Both the position numbers and the translations under genes were made by a program. From NCBI GenBank assembly GCA_003599255.1, contig QZJF01000017.1:113278-177277 (forward strand): DNA of 64,000 nucleotides, written 5' to 3'. The notes beneath the pieces are model-generated. The model ran no database searches. It saw nothing but the letters and a program-made list of their open reading frames with translations, and had not been told where the DNA came from. Positions 46,043 to 55,056 of this stretch are shown piece after piece; within the stretch, counting starts at the first letter, position 1; every line of letters starts with the position of its first letter. This stretch comes from a candidate division WWE3 bacterium (GTDB lineage: Bacteria; Patescibacteriota; WWE3; UBA101185; UBA10185).

Positions 46043-49000
46043 ATGCCGAAGAAAAATGTAATTAAAAAATCTGCCATGGTACCTACTGCGCTTATTGCGG
46101 GTGGCGCCGGTTTCATAGGGTCTCACTTATGCGAAGCACTTCTTTCACGTGGGGCACGTGTAATTGTTCTTGACAATTTCAACACCGGCAAAGAAATTCA
46201 TATAAATCACCTTTTGCAAAATCCTAATTTTGCCCTTTATAACGTCGATATAAATACTGGGCTTCCGCCCGAAATCGAAAGTGTGGATTACATATTTCAT
46301 CTGGCGGGATTAGAAGAATATCTATATAGCAAGGAAAGTGTGAACTTGAACTCGCTTCTGACCAATGCTCTCGGCACTAAAAACTTATTGGATCTTGCCC
46401 AGAGATCTCAAGCAAAATTCCTTTTGGTCTCCAGCATTGACGTATACGAAGGTAGGATGTCACAACTTGAACTCGAAGAATACTTCGGTAGCACAAAAAT
46501 TGATGAGAACAAGTACATGCTCACTGAGGCAAAGAGGTATGCCGAAGCGCTTGTTTGGGAGTATTACAAGAAAAATGATACGGACTTGAGAATTGTCCGG
46601 TTGCCGGAAATTTTTGGTCCCAGAATGGATTTGTCCGCCAGCGGCAGCTTGGGCATGTTTCTAAAAGACCTGATTGAGCATCGCGATATCACAGTTTACG
46701 GGGAGGGATCTAACAAGGAATATTACCTTTACATTACAGATGCGATTTCCGGGATTTTGAAGACATTGTTCGGCGATAAATCCAAGGGAAATATTTATTC
46801 GTTGGTCTGGAATGTTCCGACAACGGTTCTTCAACTTGCTTATGTTGTAAAATCTGTTGCCGATAGAGAAGTAAATATTGTATTTAAAAACAATACTTCG
46901 AAAGATAACTACAGACCGAATCCCAAAATACCAGACTCATTCAACCTCCGCCAGCTCGGTTGGGAACCACGCATGGATATAAAGGACGGAATAGTCAAGT
47001 CGCTAGAATATTTCGGATATAAACCAAACGCGCACAGTTTCAAACCGGCGGAACTGATTGAAAAAAAGACCTCAATCACTCAGGAGTTACCGAAAGAGGA
47101 AACAGGTGAGATTTTTACTTTGCAAGATGTAAAGGAACCAGAGAAGGAAATTGCAGTTCCGGTTCTTCACGAGATTTCCGAGCCCGCACCCCCGGCGGGC
47201 CCGTCCGAACCGGTTCAGTCGATCCAGAGCGCTCCGGTGACCGCTGAAAATCCTTACGGTAATCTTCAAAGTTTTCACACCGGACAGCCTGAGATAGCAG
47301 TGAAACAAAAACAAAAAATTAAGCTGCTGAATTTTGGAAAATTATTCTCAGTAAAAGTCTTAAGTATTTTCGGCGTATTGTTTTCGGCAATGCTAATATT
47401 TTTTGCTCTTCCCGGTGTACAGACATATTTCTATACCAGAGCAAGTATGAACTCAATGTCAGCACTGGCAACATCGGCCGGCCAACTCGATTCGGCGGGT
47501 GTACGGTCAAACGCACGCAGTTCTTATCAAAATCTTGTAAAAGCTAAAAATTCATTCGCCAATCTCAAGTGGTTCTTTTTAGTATCGGGAAAACAAAGCC
47601 AATTTGAAAGTATGGATAAACTTTATAGCTCGTTGGCTTACTTCTCAAAATCCGGATATCAGATGGCGGAGACCATAGAACCGTTTGAAAATCTTTGGGA
47701 AGTTGTGCGTCCGGACACGGCGGAGGAACTCGATCCCGCGAGCTTTGAAAGTGTTAAATCCAATGTAGATCAGGCAAAAAACACTTTCCAGCTTGCCCTG
47801 GCTGATTTTAAGCAGGTTAACATTCAGGATTTGCCCGTACAAGTCAGGGAAAAAGCTGTTGAATATCAGAAAGTTTTAGACATAACTTCGAAAGGTTTAG
47901 ATATGGCCGCTCCTGTGCTTTCTTCTTTTCCAAACATATTGGGTGCGGATGAATCTAAAAAATACATGATCCTGTTTCAAAACTCTAACGAAATAAGACC
48001 TACCGGTGGATTCATCGGGTCATATGGTTTGTTGACTTTTGAAAAGGGAAAAATAAAAGATCTATTGATAGACGATATATACAATCCGGATGGACAAATA
48101 GAATTGCGGAATATAAATGTTGCACCCCCTGAACAAATTAAAGAATTTCTTAACGAAGAAAGATTGTATATAAGAAATGCAAATTGGGATCCGGATTTTC
48201 CGGTCTCAGCCAATACGATTTCTGATCTTTATTTTAAAGTAACAGGAGAGAGTCTCGACGGGGTTATCGCAGTTGATCTATATTTTGTTCAGAATATTCT
48301 AAAAGCTACCGGGCCAATATTTTTAACTGCCTATAATGAAGAAATTAATGCCGAAAATCTTTATGAACGGGCTGAGTTTCACAGCGAGTTCAATTACGAG
48401 AACGGTTCGGACAGCAAACGATCTTTTCTGACTGTTTTAGGAAGCAAGCTTCTTGAAAAAATATTCTCGTTATCAAGAGAACAACTTCCGCAGCTATTTA
48501 CCGAAATGGGGTACGCACTCAATGACAGACATTTACTAATAACGCTGGCAAACGACCCCCTAAACGCTTTATTGGAGGAACAGCATTGGAATGGAGGTGT
48601 TGTTGACACAACAAGTGATTATCTCTATGTGGTAAATGCAAATGTGGGCGGAACCAAAGCAAATTATTATGTAAAAAATAAAATGAATTACCACGTGAAG
48701 TCTCTAACCAGGGATGGACTATTGAGAGGGGTTCTCGTTTTGGAATACGTACATACCGGTACAGACGATGCTTGGCCTGGGGGACCTTATGAAAACTATG
48801 TTAGAGTGTTGACCCAGGAAGGATCCAAGTTAACAGGTGCGACATTGAAAGTAAACGATGGAGAGGAAAAAGATGTTCTAAATGAAATAAGGGTATCTAC
48901 TTTGAGTAAGTATAATGTTTTTGGCACAAGTTTTACGCTTAATCCGACTGAAAAAATAACCCTGACAATAGAATATGATTTGCCTGCAGCATTCACATTG

Positions 49001-49198
49001 ACTAAGGAGCAAAAAGAATACGCATTGTATTGGCAGAAACAATCCGGGACTCATCATGACGAATATGAATTTTCGTTTGACGTGCCGTTCGGTTTTGAGA
49101 TCTCAACAACCACGGAAGGTTTAGTTAGGGAGGATGGTACGTTAAAGTCCATTGGGTCTCTTAATGAAGACAAAAAGTTTTATGCTAAACTTCAGTGA
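46043..49198 (+). CDS. Giant fusion protein: N-terminal NAD-dependent sugar epimerase/dehydratase (UDP-glucuronate decarboxylase-like) + Pro-rich linker + TM helix + ~600-aa extracytoplasmic domain of unknown function
   Basis: Residues 15-330 carry GGAGFIGSHL (Rossmann), YSKES-type and Y..AK catalytic positions typical of extended SDRs. Then a PAPPAGPSEPVQSIQSAPV linker, a TM helix (LFSVKVLSIFGVLFSAMLIFFAL), and a large external domain with a conserved-looking QNSNEIRPTGGFIGSYG segment. Confidence 0.6.
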   Translation: MPKKNVIKKSAMVPTALIAGGAGFIGSHLCEALLSRGARVIVLDNFNTGKEIHINHLLQNPNFALYNVDINTGLPPEIESVDYIFHLAGLEEYLYSKESVNLNSLLTNALGTKNLLDLAQRSQAKFLLVSSIDVYEGRMSQLELEEYFGSTKIDENKYMLTEAKRYAEALVWEYYKKNDTDLRIVRLPEIFGPRMDLSASGSLGMFLKDLIEHRDITVYGEGSNKEYYLYITDAISGILKTLFGDKSKGNIYSLVWNVPTTVLQLAYVVKSVADREVNIVFKNNTSKDNYRPNPKIPDSFNLRQLGWEPRMDIKDGIVKSLEYFGYKPNAHSFKPAELIEKKTSITQELPKEETGEIFTLQDVKEPEKEIAVPVLHEISEPAPPAGPSEPVQSIQSAPVTAENPYGNLQSFHTGQPEIAVKQKQKIKLLNFGKLFSVKVLSIFGVLFSAMLIFFALPGVQTYFYTRASMNSMSALATSAGQLDSAGVRSNARSSYQNLVKAKNSFANLKWFFLVSGKQSQFESMDKLYSSLAYFSKSGYQMAETIEPFENLWEVVRPDTAEELDPASFESVKSNVDQAKNTFQLALADFKQVNIQDLPVQVREKAVEYQKVLDITSKGLDMAAPVLSSFPNILGADESKKYMILFQNSNEIRPTGGFIGSYGLLTFEKGKIKDLLIDDIYNPDGQIELRNINVAPPEQIKEFLNEERLYIRNANWDPDFPVSANTISDLYFKVTGESLDGVIAVDLYFVQNILKATGPIFLTAYNEEINAENLYERAEFHSEFNYENGSDSKRSFLTVLGSKLLEKIFSLSREQLPQLFTEMGYALNDRHLLITLANDPLNALLEEQHWNGGVVDTTSDYLYVVNANVGGTKANYYVKNKMNYHVKSLTRDGLLRGVLVLEYVHTGTDDAWPGGPYENYVRVLTQEGSKLTGATLKVNDGEEKDVLNEIRVSTLSKYNVFGTSFTLNPTEKITLTIEYDLPAAFTLTKEQKEYALYWQKQSGTHHDEYEFSFDVPFGFEISTTTEGLVREDGTLKSIGSLNEDKKFYAKLQ

Positions 49199-49216
49199 AC
49201 AATGTAGAATTAATGT

Positions 49217-50818
49217 ATGCCTTTAGCTGATTTACCACAAACAAATAAACAGCACGCGGTCCCTCAAAACATAATGGATGTTGAATTCAAGCTGATAGGG
49301 GATTTGACGATGAGACAATTTGCTTATCTGATGATTTGCGGCGGTATTAGTTATTTGGCCGCAGTCTCCGTAATAGGATTGTTCAAATGGCCTATTGTGG
49401 TGTTTTTTACATTACTGGGTTTAGGACTGGCTTTTGTTCCGATACAGGAAAGAGGTCTGGACGAATGGATAGTCAACTTTTTTAAAGCAATATATTCACC
49501 TACACAACGGATATGGCGAAAAGAGCCTTCGGTGCCTTCCGCGTTTATGTACGAAAATATTCAGTTAGTACGTCAGGAAATGATAACGCTGGCACCGACA
49601 TCCAGCAGAAGAAAACTGGAAGATTATTTGGAATACCAGCTTAAAGAGGAAAAAGAAGACCCTCTTGATATTCCGGAGAAGGAGTACATTATGAAAGTAA
49701 GGGAAATGGTAGGTATTATAGAGCCTGCGGAGCCTGCTGTTTCAGTTACATATGAGGAAGAGGAAGTGCAGGAAGTTGAAGAGCCCTCTGCTTTACCGCC
49801 GCAGGAACAACCTCAGTTCCAAGGAGAACCTCAAAAGCCAGGTGAGGAAACAAAACCCGAAAAACCGATAGTTCAAAAACCGGAACCGGCTTCTGATGAA
49901 AAGAAAAAAACTCCGGAAGAATTTGAAAAGAAATCTCACAGGATTAAAAGAGCGCGTGAGAGAGAAGCAAGAAGACAGCAAAGCGTTTCGGTAACACCGC
50001 TGACTCCGGATATGCATTCCGGAAGAAAGTTTGTAAACCTTCTGCCGTATGGCGGGGAACTCATTCTACCGATTCGTGGCGAAAAAGTATTACAAACTTC
50101 CGAACAGTTGGAGATTGAGGATGATATTCAGGAAAAAGCCGACAAACTTCAGAAACTTCTCGAACAAATAAAAGGCAGCGGTGCTATTAAGAAAGAAATT
50201 ACACCGGAGGTCCGGGTAGAACCCGAAAAGCTGGATGTTCAGCAAGGCGGAGAAGTCAATGTCGAAGCAGTTGAGGTAATAGAAGGTTTGAAACAAGAAA
50301 AGGATAGACTTTCCCAGGAGATCGAAAATCTTAGGATATCTAAAGAAACCGAGACTACTCCGAGTGTGGCAGAAGCAAAAGAAGAAATGATCAGGAGACT
50401 TCAGGCTGAGAAAGAAAAGACCCAATCTGAGTACGAGTCCCTGCAAAGACAGATTCTTGATTTACAAAATAAACTTAAAGAAAAACAAGAATTCGATTCC
50501 GGTCCCCAGGCCCCTTCAAAACCTGTGTATGCAAAAATACAGCCATTAACAAATAGGCCAAATGTGGTTTCGGGGGTTGTTAAGAAACAGGACGGAACCG
50601 TACTTGAGGGTGTATTATTAATCATTAAGAATCAAAAAGGAGAGGCGGTTAGGGCTTTGAAGTCAAATACCTTAGGACAGTTTACTCTTACAACGCCTTT
50701 ATCTAACGGAGTTTATACGGTAGAAGTTAGCTCTAATAATGGCACTGCATCCTTTGATATAATTTCTGTAGAGGCAAAAGGAGAAATAATCCCTCCAATT
50801 GAATTGGTGGGCAAATAA
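49217..50818 (+). CDS. PrgI/VirB3-like membrane protein with a long coiled-coil/Pro-Glu-rich extension and C-terminal carboxypeptidase-regulatory-like beta domain
   Basis: Residues 20-110 (MDVEFKLIGDLTMRQFAYLMICGGISYLAAV... two TM helices ...IYSPTQRIW) resemble the PrgI family of Gram-positive conjugation systems. These are followed by an E/P/K-rich segment, heptad-like coiled coils, and a C-terminal VVSGVVKKQDGTVLEGVLLIIKNQKGEAV...GVYTVEVSS segment. Confidence 0.5.
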   Translation: MPLADLPQTNKQHAVPQNIMDVEFKLIGDLTMRQFAYLMICGGISYLAAVSVIGLFKWPIVVFFTLLGLGLAFVPIQERGLDEWIVNFFKAIYSPTQRIWRKEPSVPSAFMYENIQLVRQEMITLAPTSSRRKLEDYLEYQLKEEKEDPLDIPEKEYIMKVREMVGIIEPAEPAVSVTYEEEEVQEVEEPSALPPQEQPQFQGEPQKPGEETKPEKPIVQKPEPASDEKKKTPEEFEKKSHRIKRAREREARRQQSVSVTPLTPDMHSGRKFVNLLPYGGELILPIRGEKVLQTSEQLEIEDDIQEKADKLQKLLEQIKGSGAIKKEITPEVRVEPEKLDVQQGGEVNVEAVEVIEGLKQEKDRLSQEIENLRISKETETTPSVAEAKEEMIRRLQAEKEKTQSEYESLQRQILDLQNKLKEKQEFDSGPQAPSKPVYAKIQPLTNRPNVVSGVVKKQDGTVLEGVLLIIKNQKGEAVRALKSNTLGQFTLTTPLSNGVYTVEVSSNNGTASFDIISVEAKGEIIPPIELVGK

Positions 50819-51521
50819 TATGGCGGAAAAGATTGTATCTACATCGCAAGATCACTTGGATATACTTGAAATCAAGAATGATATGGTAGTTTTGAAAAAT
50901 GGGGTGGTTTGTGCTGTTCTGCAGACTACGGCGGTTAACTTTGATCTCCTTTCTGAAATCGAACAAGACGCAATTATTGCCGCGTTTTCTATGCTGCTTA
51001 ACTCAATAACATTTCCGGTCCAAGTAGTGTTGCGATCTAAAAAACTCGACATCTCAAAATATATCGAAAAAATACAGAGAGTAGAAAGCAAAATCAGCGA
51101 TCCTTTAATGAAACATCAAGCTGAGGCATACAGGAAGTTTGTTCAGGAAGTTATAAGACAGAACGATGTTCTTGATAAAAAATTCTATGTGGTTGTTCCT
51201 TCGGGTGGGGGAGTTGACGGAGACCCAAACAGCGGTGCCTTTGATTGGCTCGCACGCCTTGCGGGTACACATAATAAGAGGATTGATGTAAATGTAGATA
51301 AAACCCTTAAAGACGCATCAATTCAGTTAGTTCCAAAAGTAGATCACGTCATAAAAGAGTTTAATAGAATAGGCGTCAGATCCAGGCAACTGACAACCCA
51401 GGAGTTAGTGGAAATTTATTTTGATATTTACAATCCAAGCAGTATTCATGGACAAAGAATCCGAACAAATATAGATGATTATACGACGGCGGTTGTAAAT
51501 CCGGCGATTATTGAGGAATAA
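50799..51521 (+). CDS. VirB4/TraE N-terminal-domain-like protein (possibly a detached first segment of the downstream ATPase)
   Basis: HLDILEIKNDMVVLKNGVVCAVLQTTAVNFDLLSEIEQDAIIAAFSMLLNSITFPVQV resembles the N-terminal segment of Gram-positive VirB4 homologues. The stop lies 2 nt before the next ATG, in another frame. Confidence 0.45.
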   Translation: MNWWANNMAEKIVSTSQDHLDILEIKNDMVVLKNGVVCAVLQTTAVNFDLLSEIEQDAIIAAFSMLLNSITFPVQVVLRSKKLDISKYIEKIQRVESKISDPLMKHQAEAYRKFVQEVIRQNDVLDKKFYVVVPSGGGVDGDPNSGAFDWLARLAGTHNKRIDVNVDKTLKDASIQLVPKVDHVIKEFNRIGVRSRQLTTQELVEIYFDIYNPSSIHGQRIRTNIDDYTTAVVNPAIIEE

Positions 51522-51523
51522 GA

Positions 51524-53938
51524 ATGGCAAAAAAGAAATTTAATTTATTTACAATGTTCAAAAAAAATAAACCCGTGGAAGGTCAGGAAGGCTCTCCGGA
51601 AGGAGCTACTTCCGGTGGAAAAACGCCTGCACAGATCCTCGCCGAAGGGATGGTTAATGTACGCGATATCATTGCGCCATCTGCGATGGAAATTGACTTT
51701 AATCATGTAAAGATCGGAAACACTTTTTACAGAACTCTTTTTGTCTCAGGGTACCCTAGGTTTGTTGGTGCCAACTGGATGTCTCCCGTCATAAATTTTG
51801 ATCACTCTTTGGACATTTCGATGTTTTATTATCCGGTTAAATCCAAGATGATTCTCGATGACCTTAGAAAGAAAATTACCGAGTTGGAAGCAACTATAAT
51901 GACCACCAGGGAAAAAGGGAGAATAATTGACCCTGTTGTTACCGCAGCATTGGAAGATGCTAATGCTCTTCAAGAACAGTTGGTCAAGGGTGTTGAAAAA
52001 TATTTTAAATTTTCCTTTTATATAACTATACCCGCGGCTTCTCAGGAGGAACTTGAAACGGTTACAGCCAGGCTGGAATCCACATTGGGTTCGCTGCTGT
52101 TAATCTCGAAAACAGCTTCGCTCCAAATGGAAGAAGCATTTCAGTCTACTATTCCTGCGGGATTGGACAAGCTTTTGATTACACGAAACATGGATACTAC
52201 CAGTTTGGCTACCACTTTTCCTTTCACTTCTTCGGACCTTACCATGGAGGAGGGAATTATGTACGGAATCAATCGACACAATGGTTCCCTTGTTATTTTC
52301 GAGCGGTTCTCAATGGAAAACGCGAACACAGTTGTCTTTGCGAAATCCGGTTCAGGTAAATCTTATTTCGTTAAATTAGAAGCTTTGCGACTAATGGTTT
52401 TTGGTGCGGAGGTCATGATCATTGACCCGGAGGAGGAATACAGATCTTTGTGTGACGCCGTCGGCGGCAATTATATAGACTTTTCGGCTAATTCACCTGC
52501 TAAAATTAACCCTTTTGACTTGTCGGGAATTGCAGTCGAGGGCGAGAACGAACTTGGCCAGAAACTTATTGCGTTAATTACGTTGTTTAAACTGATGTTG
52601 GGAGGTTTAACTCCTACCGAAGAAGCAATTCTGGACCGTGCACTTATTGAAACTTACAGAATAAAGGGTATTACCACAGATCCGGATACGCAGTCTACAA
52701 AAGAGCCTCCGGTTATGGAAGATCTGTACAAGATACTTTTGGGAAGTGATGAACCTGAAGCCAGGAGCATGGCAGAGAGACTGGAAAAATTCATTAAAGG
52801 TTCAATGACCGGTATTTTTGATGCCCAATCCAATATTGATTTAAACAGCAAGATGACCGTTTTCTCTACCAAAAATCTTGAAGAAGCATTGAGACCCATC
52901 GCGTTTTATATGATCCTCGATTTTATTTGGACAAGAATCAGAAAGGATCTAAGAAAGAGGATTTTGATTGTTGAAGAGGCCTGGTATCTTATGCAGAACG
53001 AAGATAGTGCCCGCTTTATTTACGGTATAGCAAAGAGAGCAAGAAAATATTATCTAGGATTAACTACGATTTCACAGGATGTTGACGATTTCTTAACGTC
53101 CGAGTACGGCAAGGCGATTGTTACCAACTCATCAATTCAGGTTTTGCTTAAACAGCACCCTGCGGCAATTGATAAAGTAGCGGAAACATTTTATTTATCG
53201 GAGGGAGAAAAAAGATTACTTCTTTCGGCTGCAGTAGGTGAAGGGCTTTTCTTTGCGGGGGCAAATCACGTGGCAATCAAGGTTATGGCTTCCGATGCGG
53301 AGCATAAGCTGATTACAACAAACCCGGAGGAGATTTTAAGACTCAAAGCGGAAGGGAAGATTCAGTCGAAGCAGCCAACAAAACCTGTATACAAACCCTA
53401 TACCCCACCGTCAGATCCCGGTAAATATACAACTTATGATTCTGAAGGTAATGTAAGACCAGAGTTTAAACCCGGTGCCGTTCCTCCGACACCCGCCCCG
53501 ATTCCCGCTCAACCAAAGCCGGAAGAACAAACGGTACAAAATCAGAATAAGGACACCGTTGAATCTGTAGCGCAACCTTTACCGAAAGAGGAAGAGACTC
53601 AGGAAGAAAAAATGCCCACAGCGGAACAGATTTTAAGTTCCGTTCAAGCAACAAAGGCAGAGAATTCACAACCTCCTGCCACTTCTCCTCAGGAGAACAA
53701 GAGTACTCCGAATCAGGGAACTCAGGGTAATGAACAAATAATAAAAAGTACGTTGACCGGTGAATCGATGCAGAAGAACCCACCGCAGGTTCCTCCGGCC
53801 AAACCTTCCTGGTTAAATTCCTCAAATCAACAGGTTGTCCAGAACAAGCCGCAGGAACAGCAGAGTCCTACTAACGAACAAAACAAAGAATCGGAAAAGA
53901 ACATGGATTCTCCTCAGGGTACGATAAGTCTCACCTAG
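51524..53938 (+). CDS. VirB4/TrbE/PrgJ-family type IV secretion ATPase with ~200-aa Pro/Gln/Asn-rich C-terminal tail
   Basis: Walker A (VVFAKSGSGKSYFV) and Walker B (ILIVEEAWYLMQ) are present. The N-terminal region (GNTFYRTLFVSGYPRFVGANWMSPV) is like the VirB4 membrane-proximal domain. Residues from about 600 to 804 are low-complexity (PTKPVYKPYTPPSDPGK...QPKPEEQTVQNQNK...). Confidence 0.75.
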   Translation: MAKKKFNLFTMFKKNKPVEGQEGSPEGATSGGKTPAQILAEGMVNVRDIIAPSAMEIDFNHVKIGNTFYRTLFVSGYPRFVGANWMSPVINFDHSLDISMFYYPVKSKMILDDLRKKITELEATIMTTREKGRIIDPVVTAALEDANALQEQLVKGVEKYFKFSFYITIPAASQEELETVTARLESTLGSLLLISKTASLQMEEAFQSTIPAGLDKLLITRNMDTTSLATTFPFTSSDLTMEEGIMYGINRHNGSLVIFERFSMENANTVVFAKSGSGKSYFVKLEALRLMVFGAEVMIIDPEEEYRSLCDAVGGNYIDFSANSPAKINPFDLSGIAVEGENELGQKLIALITLFKLMLGGLTPTEEAILDRALIETYRIKGITTDPDTQSTKEPPVMEDLYKILLGSDEPEARSMAERLEKFIKGSMTGIFDAQSNIDLNSKMTVFSTKNLEEALRPIAFYMILDFIWTRIRKDLRKRILIVEEAWYLMQNEDSARFIYGIAKRARKYYLGLTTISQDVDDFLTSEYGKAIVTNSSIQVLLKQHPAAIDKVAETFYLSEGEKRLLLSAAVGEGLFFAGANHVAIKVMASDAEHKLITTNPEEILRLKAEGKIQSKQPTKPVYKPYTPPSDPGKYTTYDSEGNVRPEFKPGAVPPTPAPIPAQPKPEEQTVQNQNKDTVESVAQPLPKEEETQEEKMPTAEQILSSVQATKAENSQPPATSPQENKSTPNQGTQGNEQIIKSTLTGESMQKNPPQVPPAKPSWLNSSNQQVVQNKPQEQQSPTNEQNKESEKNMDSPQGTISLT

Positions 53939-53946
53939 ATTAAAGA

Positions 53947-55056
53947 TTAAATCTGCATAGGCATTATTATATGTATGAAGTTCTCGTGTGCGTCTGAGAG
54001 AAGTAGGCATGGGGAGATATTTCCGTTAGTTCTAAAGTGAATTCTCTCGGTTTTTATGTTGTTCAGGTAGTCCAAAAGATATCTGGAACTAAAGGCAATT
54101 TCCAGCAGATCCCCCTCTATTTCCGCTCCCAGTTCACTAATGTGTTCCCCGGCCTCTTCTGCAAGAGAAGAGATTCTAATTAAGTTTTCTTCGGGGTCAA
54201 ATCTGACTTTAATCGCATTATTGCCCTCTTTAGCAAACACATTTGTTAATTTTACGGCTTCAACAAACTCGTCGGTTGAAAAAGAGGCGCTTAAGACTTT
54301 TTCTGAAGGGATAATTTTTTTATAATCAGGATACTGTCCGTCCAAGATTCTCGTGGCAACAGTAGTGTCCTCCGAACTAAACAAAGCAAGATTCTCACCT
54401 TCATTAAGAGCGAATTTTATTTTTTCCTGGGAGCCGGCAAAGATTTTGCTTACTTCAAGCATGGTTCTTGCCGGTATAACTGCCGAAAAATTTCCGACGG
54501 AGCTTTCAATTTTTAGTATCTTTTCTGAAAGTCTAAAACCGTCAGTGGATGCAATTGTGAGTACTCCTTCCTGATAATTCAAGAATATTCCGGTAAAAAT
54601 CGGCCTACTCTCGTCATTTCCGGAAGCGAATGCAACATATGCAACGTCATCACCGAATTCCTTAGGATCAAGTTCAAAATATGAAACATCTTCCGGAAAC
54701 ACAGGCAATTCCGGATATTCATCGGCGCTGATACCGTTGAATTTAGATTTGGTTTTTTCCGATGTTATGTGGAGTACATCGTGGTTGAGGGATGCTTTGA
54801 TTGTCCCAGGTCTTAATGTGGAGACAAAGTCTTTTATCAGTTTTGCAGGTATTGTAACGCTACCCTCTTCTTCGACCGAGCACGGGACATAGGTTGTAAC
54901 GGCGGTTTCAAGATTGGTTGCGGCGAGTTTGAGTCTGCCGTTTTCCGCAACAAATAAAATATTCGAAAGTATAGGAAGGGAACCCTTGTTAGGTACTGCA
55001 CGGCTGACGATCTGCAGACCTTTTTCTAAATTTTCCTGTAGGCATGTAAATTTCAT
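53947..55056 (-). CDS. dnaN: DNA polymerase III beta subunit (sliding clamp)
   Basis: MKFTCLQENLEKGLQIVSRAV...LPILSNILFVAENGRLKLAATNLE and the three-domain length (369 aa). Confidence 0.85.
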   Translation of the reverse strand: MKFTCLQENLEKGLQIVSRAVPNKGSLPILSNILFVAENGRLKLAATNLETAVTTYVPCSVEEEGSVTIPAKLIKDFVSTLRPGTIKASLNHDVLHITSEKTKSKFNGISADEYPELPVFPEDVSYFELDPKEFGDDVAYVAFASGNDESRPIFTGIFLNYQEGVLTIASTDGFRLSEKILKIESSVGNFSAVIPARTMLEVSKIFAGSQEKIKFALNEGENLALFSSEDTTVATRILDGQYPDYKKIIPSEKVLSASFSTDEFVEAVKLTNVFAKEGNNAIKVRFDPEENLIRISSLAEEAGEHISELGAEIEGDLLEIAFSSRYLLDYLNNIKTERIHFRTNGNISPCLLLSDAHENFIHIIMPMQI

